From: Deltaproteobacteria bacterium
Lineage (GTDB): Bacteria > Desulfobacterota_D > UBA1144 > Nemesobacterales > CSP1-2
Assembly: GCA_052390235.1 (NCBI GenBank)
Contig: JBQTHB010000006.1
Coordinates: forward strand, 160,001 to 224,000
Length of the DNA stretch: 64,000 nt
Direction: 5' to 3'
In this document: in pieces, positions 1-8,025 of the stretch
How the letters are laid out: each line of letters starts with the position of its first letter
How positions within the stretch are numbered: the first letter of the stretch is position 1
Notes under the pieces: generated by a model
Told to the model about the DNA's origin: nothing
Databases searched by the model: none
The model's input: the letters and a program-made list of their open reading frames with translations, nothing else
Translations under genes and position numbers: made by a program

Positions 1-489
1 ATTAAAGCCGTCGCCAAGGCCGCTTATTACGTCATCAACGACGTGCGCGCTCAGTTCAAGGAAAACCCCGGCATCCTCCAAGGTACTTCAAAGCCCGATT
101 ACGGCAGATGTGTTGACATCGTTACCAGAGGGGCGCTCAGGCAGATGATAGCCCCGGGGCTACTGGCAGTGGGAATGCCCATAGCCGTAGGGCTTATATT
201 CAAGCAGCTGGGCGTCGGCGCGGAAGCCGTTGCCGGATTCCTGATGGTGGGAACTATCACCGGGATTCTGCTTGCTATATTTATGAACAACAGCGGCGGC
301 GCTTGGGACAACACCAAGAAATATATCGAAACCGGATACTATGGGGGAAAGAAATCAGAAACCCATAAGGCGGCTGTCGTCGGAGACACCGTCGGAGACC
401 CGTTCAAAGATACGGCGGGACCCTCGATTCACGTTCTTATAAAACTGCTCTCTACAATCACTCTGGTGCTTGCGCCGCTGTTTATTTAG
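1..489 (+). CDS. hppA: Membrane-bound H+/Na+-translocating pyrophosphatase, C-terminal part (5' end outside window)
   Basis: Motifs NNSGGAWDNTKKYIE and AAVVGDTVGDPFKDTAGPS; frame open from the window start. Confidence 0.95.
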   Translation: MKAVAKAAYYVINDVRAQFKENPGILQGTSKPDYGRCVDIVTRGALRQMIAPGLLAVGMPIAVGLIFKQLGVGAEAVAGFLMVGTITGILLAIFMNNSGGAWDNTKKYIETGYYGGKKSETHKAAVVGDTVGDPFKDTAGPSIHVLIKLLSTITLVLAPLFI

Positions 490-498
490 TAATTGACT

Positions 499-544
499 AA
501 AAAAAGGGAGGAGGCAAATATCGCGCCTTCTCCCCTCTTTTTTA
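499..544. terminator. Probable bidirectional intrinsic terminator between convergent hppA and aroK
   Basis: A-tract, GGGAGGAGGC / GCCTTCTCCC stem, then T-tract. Confidence 0.65.
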
Positions 545-632
545 CGGTAGTGTAGGGCGCGGGGTGAATCATGGATTCGCACCCGAGATTATCCTCAGCC
601 ATCTGGGCAGGCCGCATCAAAATTCTCTGCAC

Positions 633-1172
633 CTATTGTCCCGGGTAAATATCCAAAAGTTCCCTCGCTATCAGGGAAGCGACCGACTCAGGGGCTAGTC
701 CTTCGGTGTTCACGGCAATATCGGCTTTTTCATATAGTGGAATCCTTGAGTCGAGCATCTCCACAAGCCTCTCGAAAGGGTTTTCAACCCGGAGTAGCGG
801 GCGCGACTGATTCCCCTTCACGCGATTCCACAGCGCCTCAGCCGGCGCTCGAAGATACACCGTAACGCCGCCGCTCCGGCGCATCGCCTGCCAATTCTCT
901 TCCCTCAGCGCTGCCCCCCCTCCGGTGGCAACCACTTGCGCCTCGTGAATGGATACGGATTTAAGCGCGGCGGACTCCGCATCTCGAAAATACTCCTCGC
1001 CGAAACGGGCGAATATCTCAGCTATCGGGATTTTAAGCTCCTTCTCAACGGCATCGTCTAGGTCTAGGAATCTAATCCCAAGAATTTTGGCAAGGGCCTT
1101 TCCCACGGAGCTTTTGCCTGCGCCCATAAAGCCAACTAAAAAAATATTGCGCTGGTGCGGCGTGTTTTGCAT
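633..1172 (-). CDS. aroK: Shikimate kinase
   Basis: IFLVGFMGAGKS Walker A, DLD, GEEYFR, ATGGG and RPLL motifs. Confidence 0.95.
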   Translation of the reverse strand: MQNTPHQRNIFLVGFMGAGKSSVGKALAKILGIRFLDLDDAVEKELKIPIAEIFARFGEEYFRDAESAALKSVSIHEAQVVATGGGAALREENWQAMRRSGGVTVYLRAPAEALWNRVKGNQSRPLLRVENPFERLVEMLDSRIPLYEKADIAVNTEGLAPESVASLIARELLDIYPGQ

Positions 1173-1252
1173 GGATGACCTCCCTCACGGGCGACATTGG
1201 GCTGGCTCGGCGAGCCGAGATAGAGATGGAAAAGATAAAATTCGGCGCTTTC

Positions 1253-1888
1253 TTAGAAATTCTCGAGCATCTGGGCGATGGTTTTTTTCTTACTGGGATT
1301 TGCCGCCGTCAATTTCTCGACGTACTTTGCGATAATGTCGCACTCAATGTTGACCGCATCGCCCGCCTTGATGTCCGAAAGCGCCGTCGCCTCCTGAGTG
1401 AACGGTATCAAATTCACCGAAAACCTGCTAGCCTCGACCTCATTCACCGTAAGGCTGACTCCGCTCACGGCGATTGACCCCTTCTCGACGACGTACTTTG
1501 ACAGCCCTTCGGGAATCGAGAACCACACAACCAGCGACTCCCCCCGGCGGGCGAGCGAGTCCACCCTGCCCACTCCGTCCACATGACCGTTTACGATATG
1601 CCCTCCGAGCCTTCCGCCGACCTTCATTGCCCGCTCCAGATTAACACGACTTCCCGGTTTGAGGTTGCCTAGATTTGTTCTTCGGAGCGTCTCCTGAGAT
1701 GCGTCAACCGTAAAGGTGTTGCTCCCAATGGAGGTTACGGTGAGGCAGGCACCGTTGACCGCGATGCTCTCGCCGAGGACGAGTTCGCCGGCGGGGATGT
1801 TTTTCAGCTCGAAGCTAAGCGCGGCGTCCTTTGCCCCAGCTTTAATCTCCCGAACCCTGCCGATGTCTTCAACTATACCGGTGAACAT
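1253..1888 (-). CDS. ribE: Riboflavin synthase (alpha chain)
   Basis: N-terminal MFTGIVE, GESIAVNGACLT, VNLERA, GGHIVNGHVD. Confidence 0.97.
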   Translation of the reverse strand: MFTGIVEDIGRVREIKAGAKDAALSFELKNIPAGELVLGESIAVNGACLTVTSIGSNTFTVDASQETLRRTNLGNLKPGSRVNLERAMKVGGRLGGHIVNGHVDGVGRVDSLARRGESLVVWFSIPEGLSKYVVEKGSIAVSGVSLTVNEVEASRFSVNLIPFTQEATALSDIKAGDAVNIECDIIAKYVEKLTAANPSKKKTIAQMLENF

Positions 1889-2374
1889 TCAGCCCTCCCT
1901 CTTCATAAAAAACGTCTCGAACAGAATCAAAATCACGCCCACAGTGATGGCAGAATCCGCAATATTGAACGCTGGCCAGTGGTAATCTGGGTTCCCGAAC
2001 CAGTGGACGTCAATAAAATCCACGACATAGCCGTATCTGAATCGGTCAATGGAATTTCCCACTGCGCCTCCGAGAACAAGCCCAAGAGCGGCAATCAGGA
2101 GTTTATGACTCTCGTGAGCAGACCGAAGAAACGTAAATATAGCCGCGACAGCCATCACAAGCACCAGCGCAAAGAGCGGCATCCGAACCGAATCTGACAG
2201 GGTGTTGAGGATTCCGAAAGCCGCTCCAGGGTTTCTCACATAGGTCAGGTCCAAGAATGAAAATACCGCAACCCTCTCGTAGAGAAAAAAATTAGCCTCA
2301 ATGAGCCATTTGGTTATTTGATCCGAAACCACAACAAAAGAGGAAATAGAAAGCGCAAGGGCGTATTTATTCAT
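1889..2374 (-). CDS. lspA: Lipoprotein signal peptidase II
   Basis: DQITK, NPGAAFG, GNSIDR, VVDFI, FNIAD motifs. Confidence 0.96.
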   Translation of the reverse strand: MNKYALALSISSFVVVSDQITKWLIEANFFLYERVAVFSFLDLTYVRNPGAAFGILNTLSDSVRMPLFALVLVMAVAAIFTFLRSAHESHKLLIAALGLVLGGAVGNSIDRFRYGYVVDFIDVHWFGNPDYHWPAFNIADSAITVGVILILFETFFMKREG

Positions 2375-2404
2375 CGTGGCTAGGATTATATCGGCTTCGG
2401 GTTG

Positions 2405-4639
2405 CTAGTTCAAATTCTCTCGCATCGCCCACCGGCATCTATCTATAAAATCGAGGGCAAAGCCCCAAGCCCCCGAATCCGCGGTGCGGGAGGCGCGCCC
2501 GATAACATCCGAAGCCTCGCCGTATCTGCCGAGGGCGTAGAGCGCAATCCCCAGAAGCCGCAGGTTTTCTCTACCCAACGCGGTGTCCGAGGGAAGTCCT
2601 GCGGAGTCCGCTTTGGATAACAGCAAAGACGCTCTCTCATAATCCGAGTTGTTGAAGAACATTCTGCCCAGCAGGTAGTAAGCCGGAGCAAAGCGGGGGT
2701 ACTGCGCCGTAAGTTCGGTCAGCGCGGCTAGTTGAGTGAGCTTATCCCTAGTGGAGAAATAGATTTTAATTCGGTTTTGAATCCCCAATCCGGCGGCGAG
2801 GACGGAGAGCTTTATCTCAATCTCTCTGTCAATGTCCGCAGGGAGGGCGGAGTCTCGAAGGGATTTGAAGATAGTCAGCGCCTCCTTGGATTTGCCCAAT
2901 TGCCACAGGGCATTTGCCCGAATATTGAGCAGTATATTAGCGTCAACCTCGGAAGCGCCCGCAGGGATTTTGTCGGCAACGCGCAGGGTTTCGGGAAAGT
3001 CCCGGTCGTAGTAAGAGGCATAGGCTAGGCTCTGCGCGAGCGACGCATCGCCGCCGTCATAGCCCAGAGCCTGCGAAAATAGATCCTTCGCCCGATAGAG
3101 ATTTCCCGATGCAAACGCAGAGACGCCCTCGTCCCTTAGGGCGGCAATCTTTCTCGGACACCTCGCCCCGAATATGGCTGGCGCGCTGAATCTATATCCG
3201 GCCAGAGCGGGGGCTTCGGCGGGCATAGAAATTTTTCCCAGATACCCCCTCCACTCGGACACAAGCCCGTCGAGGTTTTTTTTATAAATGCCGAAATCCC
3301 CCGTGCGGTAGAGGTATTTAAACCTCTCAATGCCGTAATTTTCAATTAAATACCGGCAGAAAGACCCCATCAGCGTATAGCTCTTCCGAGGGGGCGCGTG
3401 CCAGAATCCCAGACCCACGATGTCCTCAATATCGGGCGCGGCGCCGCTGTCAATCATCGCCCTAGACCACTGGTGCGGGGTAAGCCCGTTTTCGCTCCAA
3501 TCGGCGGCGACGGCAATACCCTCTACAAGCCCTATTTTCGGGCTAATGCCGAGGATGCGCGTGCCAAACTCAGACGCCATAACGTGGACTAGCTCGTGCT
3601 TCAGCACGGCATGGGGGAATCCATCGTAAACCAGGTGAATCTCGCGGTGAATGGGATTTGCCACTGTGGTCTCGCCCGCGCCGATAATTTTTTTGCGCGT
3701 CTTCTCGTCTGGATAAATATAAGAGCGGATTTTCTCCCCGGAGCTGACGTTGAGGTATCGCTTCAGTTGATAATAGCGCCACTCGTGGTCTTCGGCGATG
3801 AGTTTTATCATCCTAGCCTCGGGCGAGCCGGGGGAGTAGCGGATAATAAAATGCTCGGTCTCGACGATGCCCTGAAGAAAATTTCGGGCTACATAGCCCC
3901 TGCTGTATATAAAACCGAAATCCTCTCGTTTGACATGGAAGAATAAAATTGCGGCGGCTAGGGGAATCATCGCCAATACGGCAGGCAATCTCCGCCCCCA
4001 CACCTGGGTTCGGGCGAGAGCTAAGCTCGAAGCAATTATAAACCCCGCGCCCCAGCACAGAACACTCACTCTGTAGAGGACAAGCGTCGGTGTTATGGCT
4101 ATAGCCTCGTCGTAGAGAGGCCCGGGGAAAAATCCGAACACGGGGTTATACGAGAAAACTGGCATCTGGGCGTAAAGCCTCCAGAGCGAGAGCGAAACCG
4201 CTCCGATAAGAACGAGCGCGCCGAGAAAAAATCCCTTCCTCGGAAACAGTATCTCTAGTAAAAACCCCAGCGAAGATGAGAAAAACACGCTGACACAGGG
4301 AATCAGCAGGTAGAATATTATCCCCTCTGAAACGGAACAGTCTCCTTTCAGCAGTGATGCCGAAAGCCCGATGATAAACGGCAATGCAAGCATTATCAGA
4401 TTTATCAGGGCAACCGAGCAGAGCATATCGGCAAGCGCAATTCCCCGCGCGGCAGATTTCCTCGCCTCTAGCGCGTATTCAGCGGAGGAAAAAACGGCGG
4501 CAAATGACCCGGCAAATGCCACAACGACCGAAAATTCAAACCCAAGCGCGCCGGCAAGCGGGAGAAAAAGCAGAGCGAGCGACAGCAAGGAAAGCGCGGC
4601 TATCGGAGTAGCAAAGCGTTTCGACAATATTCGAGGCAT
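2405..4639 (-). CDS. Multi-pass membrane protein with a gluzincin-like (HEXXH) peptidase domain and C-terminal TPR repeats
   Basis: About 7 hydrophobic N-terminal helices; HELVH followed by a downstream EGIA; TPR-like helices (APAYYLLGRMFF, LLGIALYALGRY). Confidence 0.7.
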   Translation of the reverse strand: MPRILSKRFATPIAALSLLSLALLFLPLAGALGFEFSVVVAFAGSFAAVFSSAEYALEARKSAARGIALADMLCSVALINLIMLALPFIIGLSASLLKGDCSVSEGIIFYLLIPCVSVFFSSSLGFLLEILFPRKGFFLGALVLIGAVSLSLWRLYAQMPVFSYNPVFGFFPGPLYDEAIAITPTLVLYRVSVLCWGAGFIIASSLALARTQVWGRRLPAVLAMIPLAAAILFFHVKREDFGFIYSRGYVARNFLQGIVETEHFIIRYSPGSPEARMIKLIAEDHEWRYYQLKRYLNVSSGEKIRSYIYPDEKTRKKIIGAGETTVANPIHREIHLVYDGFPHAVLKHELVHVMASEFGTRILGISPKIGLVEGIAVAADWSENGLTPHQWSRAMIDSGAAPDIEDIVGLGFWHAPPRKSYTLMGSFCRYLIENYGIERFKYLYRTGDFGIYKKNLDGLVSEWRGYLGKISMPAEAPALAGYRFSAPAIFGARCPRKIAALRDEGVSAFASGNLYRAKDLFSQALGYDGGDASLAQSLAYASYYDRDFPETLRVADKIPAGASEVDANILLNIRANALWQLGKSKEALTIFKSLRDSALPADIDREIEIKLSVLAAGLGIQNRIKIYFSTRDKLTQLAALTELTAQYPRFAPAYYLLGRMFFNNSDYERASLLLSKADSAGLPSDTALGRENLRLLGIALYALGRYGEASDVIGRASRTADSGAWGFALDFIDRCRWAMRENLN

Positions 4640-4710
4640 TTTTAGACCTAATTATTCATTATACATATATCACATTCGGATGGGGGAGGCATAGCAGATG
4701 AGAGCGGATT

Positions 4711-4741
4711 TAATCCGTCTTTAGGGGAGTTGACGTATATA
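4711..4741 (+). promoter_or_regulatory. Putative ECF sigma promoter upstream of the His-rich lipoprotein gene
   Basis: TAATCCG-N16-CGTATATA, matching TAAACCG-N15-CGTATATA at 20940-20969. Confidence 0.5.
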
Positions 4742-4762
4742 AGGTTAGTTTGTTCAGGCGTT

Positions 4763-4793
4763 GAGCGGGAGGAGCGGGAGGAGCGGGGGGGGG
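4763..4793 (+). repeat. Tandem 9-mer (GAGCGGGAG, about 3 copies) ending in a G9 tract
   Basis: gagcgggag gagcgggag gagcggggggggg read directly. Confidence 0.8.
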
Positions 4794-4803
4794 ATTGAAT
4801 TTA

Positions 4804-4832
4804 TTGACACGGAATGTTATATAGAATATAAA
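4804..4832 (+). promoter_or_regulatory. Putative sigma70 promoter
   Basis: TTGACA-N17-TATAAA; AAGGAGG SD precedes the ATG at 4900. Confidence 0.5.
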
Positions 4833-4899
4833 TAAGCTGCGCAAGTGGCAGGTTCGTCCTTTTAATGAAATCAAATAAAACCAAAGGAGGATGTAAAAT

Positions 4900-6102
4900 A
4901 TGAATAGATTTAAGCGTTTCGGACTGGGAATGTCCGTGGTTTTGCTTTTTGCTTCGGCCTGTGCAACCCCGCCGAAAGAAGCCGCCGCGCCCGCGCCGAC
5001 TTCCGCCACACCGGCGGCGGCTCTGCGCACCGCGCTTAACGGTTTGATGCAGGAGCATGTATATTTGGCGGCATTGGCAACTGGAGCGGCCCTAGGTGGT
5101 CGCAACGCCGAATTCCAAGCGGCGGCGGCGGCTCTTGATGCCAACTCCGTAGCGATAGCCGACGCAAACGGCTCAGTCTATGGCCCTGAAGCTGGAGCGG
5201 CTTTCCTTCCCCTGTGGCGCAAGCACATCGGAATGGTCGTTGACTACACCGTTGGCGTAGCTACGAAAAACAAAGCCAAGCAAGACAAAGCCGTAGCCGA
5301 CCTCGTACAGTACAGCAAGGATTTCGGCGCGTTTCTCAACTCCGCAAGCCCGGCTCTTCCGCCGGACGCGGTAGCGGAGCTTGTAAAGGGACATATCCTA
5401 ACCCTTAAGCCTGTGATTGACGCTCAGGCATCGGGAGACTTCACGAAGGCTTACACCGCCCTGCGCGACGCGGCTGGACATATGCCGATGATAGCCGACG
5501 CCCACGCTTCCACAATTGTAAAACAGTTCCCGGAGAAATTCAGCGGCTCTTCCGATACCTCAGCCGCCGCCTTGCGCTCGGCTCTTAGCCTGCTCATTAA
5601 AGAGCATGTATATCTAGCCGCCGCCGCGACCGGAGCCGCGCTCGGAGGCCGCACGGCTGAATTCCAAGCCGCCGCCGCCGCCCTTGACGCAAACTCCATA
5701 GCCCTGGCAAAAGCTAACGGCTCAGTGTATGGCCCTGAAGCCGAAGCCGCGTTCCTTCCCCTGTGGCGCAAACACATCGGAATGGTCGTTGACTACACCG
5801 TAGGACTCGCCACAAAAGACAAGGCAAAGCAGGATAAAGCCGTAGGCGACCTCGTGCAGTACAGCAAGGATTTCGGCGCGTTTCTCAACTCCGCAAGCCC
5901 GGCTCTTCCGGCTGATGCAGTGGCGGAACTGGTGAAAGGACACATCCTCAGCCTCAAAACTGTGATTGACGCTCAGGCGGCAGGGGATCAGGCAAAGGTC
6001 TATACCTCCCTCCGCGAGGCAGTACACCACATGCAGATGATTTCCGACGCTCACGCCGAGACGATAGTGCAACAGTTCCCGGCTAAATTTGCGGTAAAGT
6101 AA
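4900..6102 (+). CDS. Lipoprotein made of two ~183-aa His-rich all-helical repeats (resembles proteins often auto-annotated as copper amine oxidase-like); function unknown
   Basis: Lipobox-like FASA-C; each repeat carries EHVYL, LWRKHIG, KGHIL, HM and DAH; strong SD. Confidence 0.8.
   Translation: MNRFKRFGLGMSVVLLFASACATPPKEAAAPAPTSATPAAALRTALNGLMQEHVYLAALATGAALGGRNAEFQAAAAALDANSVAIADANGSVYGPEAGAAFLPLWRKHIGMVVDYTVGVATKNKAKQDKAVADLVQYSKDFGAFLNSASPALPPDAVAELVKGHILTLKPVIDAQASGDFTKAYTALRDAAGHMPMIADAHASTIVKQFPEKFSGSSDTSAAALRSALSLLIKEHVYLAAAATGAALGGRTAEFQAAAAALDANSIALAKANGSVYGPEAEAAFLPLWRKHIGMVVDYTVGLATKDKAKQDKAVGDLVQYSKDFGAFLNSASPALPADAVAELVKGHILSLKTVIDAQAAGDQAKVYTSLREAVHHMQMISDAHAETIVQQFPAKFAVK
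5010..6090 (+). repeat. Intragenic direct repeat with 549-nt period
   Basis: For example the 54-nt block 5308-5361 is identical to 5857-5910; outer boundaries approximate. Confidence 0.9.
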
Positions 6103-6141
6103 AATTATCGGGAAACACAGAAAAATATATTGTATAATCTC

Positions 6142-6185
6142 AAGGCGACGGTTTCATTACATCAAAGGAGCCGTCGCCTTTTTTT
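6142..6185 (+). terminator. Intrinsic terminator between the lipoprotein and cupredoxin genes
   Basis: AAGGCGACGG...CCGTCGCCTT 10-bp stem followed by a T-tract. Confidence 0.75.
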
Positions 6186-6207
6186 ATACTAATTCAAGGA
6201 GGAAACA

Positions 6208-6678
6208 ATGAAATATAAATCCATAGCCGCCATCATAATAAGCGCCTCTGCCCTAGTCCTATCTTCCGGCGCAGTATCTTACGGATGCGATACCGCATCT
6301 AAAGCCTCAGCCGAGGAGGGTGTCAAAACCCAGAGCGTTAAAACCGATGCCCCCCCAACCCAGACCGCGTCAAACAAGTCCGAGCCGGTAAGCGTTGACA
6401 TTAAACTGTTCACCTTCAAGCCGGGGGTTATAGAAATTCCCGAAGGCGCGACGATTACCTGGACTAACGGAGACGCCATCGAACACAGCGTTACAAATGG
6501 CACTCCTGAGAAAACGGGCGATGCCTTTGACTCGGACTACTTTACCAAGGGGCAAACCTACTCATTTACATTTGCCAAAGCCGGGGAATACCCATACTTT
6601 TGCAAGAGGCACACCAACATGGTAGGCTCAGTAAAAGTAGTCCCTGCCGCCCCAGGCCATTCGGGACACTCGTACTAA
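6208..6678 (+). CDS. Exported cupredoxin (plastocyanin/amicyanin-like type 1 copper protein)
   Basis: Signal peptide; WTN..IEHSV and YPYFCKRHTNM supply the His/Cys/His/Met ligand set; GHSGHSY tail. Confidence 0.9.
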   Translation: MKYKSIAAIIISASALVLSSGAVSYGCDTASKASAEEGVKTQSVKTDAPPTQTASNKSEPVSVDIKLFTFKPGVIEIPEGATITWTNGDAIEHSVTNGTPEKTGDAFDSDYFTKGQTYSFTFAKAGEYPYFCKRHTNMVGSVKVVPAAPGHSGHSY

Positions 6679-6682
6679 CCCG

Positions 6683-7918
6683 CTATTTCGCAGTTTTTAG
6701 ACGAACCTCGCGCACCACAGTCTTAACATGGGGGAATTGCTCCTCGCTCCAAACGACAAAAAAATTCCCCCCGGCGGAAGCGGCAATGTCTGGGGCGTAG
6801 GACTTTATGGCTCCCGAAAGGGTCTCAATAGGGCTAAAGCTCTTGCCACCATCCGTTGAGTATCTCAGCACAATACGCCGACGCACCGCCGTTGAGTCTT
6901 CCCAAGCTATGGCTAGAGCGCCGTCTCCTACGGCCATTGAGACGTGGTCGGGGATAGACGATTTGGATTCGTCGAGACGCCGCGGGGCAGAGAATTCCCT
7001 CCCGTCCCTGGATTTGGCGAATAGGACATTAGGCTCTCCAGCCCCTTCCGTGTACCAAGAGGCGTAAATCGTCCCGCCGCCGTCAATTCCTACGCTCCCT
7101 CCGCGATGAGGGCAGGCGGCGATTTTCCAATTATCGGCATGAACTAGAGAGGGAGGGACAGAATCCGCGCCCGTAGAGATGACCATATCCCTCGCATCCT
7201 CGGCGAATACCTGTCGCCAGAGAACGGCAAATCTATTATTCTCCCCTGCGCCGAGGTCAACCCTGCAACACACACAGACATCGCCCGCTAATTTCACGGC
7301 GGATTCAACGCTCGTCCCCCGACTCCCGATTCGAGCTATAAAAGTGGCGGGCTTGTCCCACCCCTCGCGGGTGTCAATCCATGAAATCAGCACGCTCCCG
7401 TCGGATGCAACGTCCATCCCCTCGAATGAGTGGGAAATTGGGCGGTCTTCATTGATTCTGAGATGATTATCAAAATTCCTCCCCCCGTCGAGCGAGCGGG
7501 AGAGGATTAAATCGGATGCGAAAAGCGCCCCCTCAGGCTTGGGCTTGCTGGCAGACCAGGAGATATAAATCTCCCCCTCTGACCCTACGGCGATTCCGGG
7601 GGACTGATGAACAGAGTCGGCGCTCATCCCATCGGGGTTTACACGGACGGGGTATAGGACTCCTCTTTCCAGTCGAGCGATATAGACATTGTTCGCGCCG
7701 GCAACCTCCGCCGTCCAAGCGATAACGGGTTTTCCATCGGCCCCTGCGGCTAGGGCTACGTCCGAGATATGAACCTCGTGGAGTTTTCCGGGATGAACAA
7801 ACTCGTAGCTCGCCCCCAATTCAATACCTGTACCAGGAGCGGGCGGCGGATTCGAGCAGGAAACCGCCGATAAAACGCAGGTCAGCAAAATAAATCCATA
7901 GCAGAATTTAGCGAGCAT
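6683..7918 (-). CDS. BNR/Asp-box (sialidase-like beta-propeller) lipoprotein with CxCC and CPH motifs
   Basis: Asp boxes SLDGGRNF, SRDGREF, STDGGKSF; CVCCR and ACPHRGG; start moved to ATG 7918 (GGAGG SD, lipoprotein-like signal). Confidence 0.8.
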   Translation of the reverse strand: MLAKFCYGFILLTCVLSAVSCSNPPPAPGTGIELGASYEFVHPGKLHEVHISDVALAAGADGKPVIAWTAEVAGANNVYIARLERGVLYPVRVNPDGMSADSVHQSPGIAVGSEGEIYISWSASKPKPEGALFASDLILSRSLDGGRNFDNHLRINEDRPISHSFEGMDVASDGSVLISWIDTREGWDKPATFIARIGSRGTSVESAVKLAGDVCVCCRVDLGAGENNRFAVLWRQVFAEDARDMVISTGADSVPPSLVHADNWKIAACPHRGGSVGIDGGGTIYASWYTEGAGEPNVLFAKSRDGREFSAPRRLDESKSSIPDHVSMAVGDGALAIAWEDSTAVRRRIVLRYSTDGGKSFSPIETLSGAIKSYAPDIAASAGGNFFVVWSEEQFPHVKTVVREVRLKTAK

Positions 7919-8025
7919 TTTATTCCCTCCGATAAATAATTCCATCCCCAAACGCGCAAGCCGCGCCCGGAGAAGGGAAGAGCGAGAGTTTCCCCCCCTA
8001 CCCTCCTGCCCCGGCGCTATTTTTA

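Noticed and set aside
4900..6102. True copper amine oxidase
   Set aside because: All-helical Ala-rich repeats with no NYD/E TPQ consensus or beta-sandwich catalytic domain
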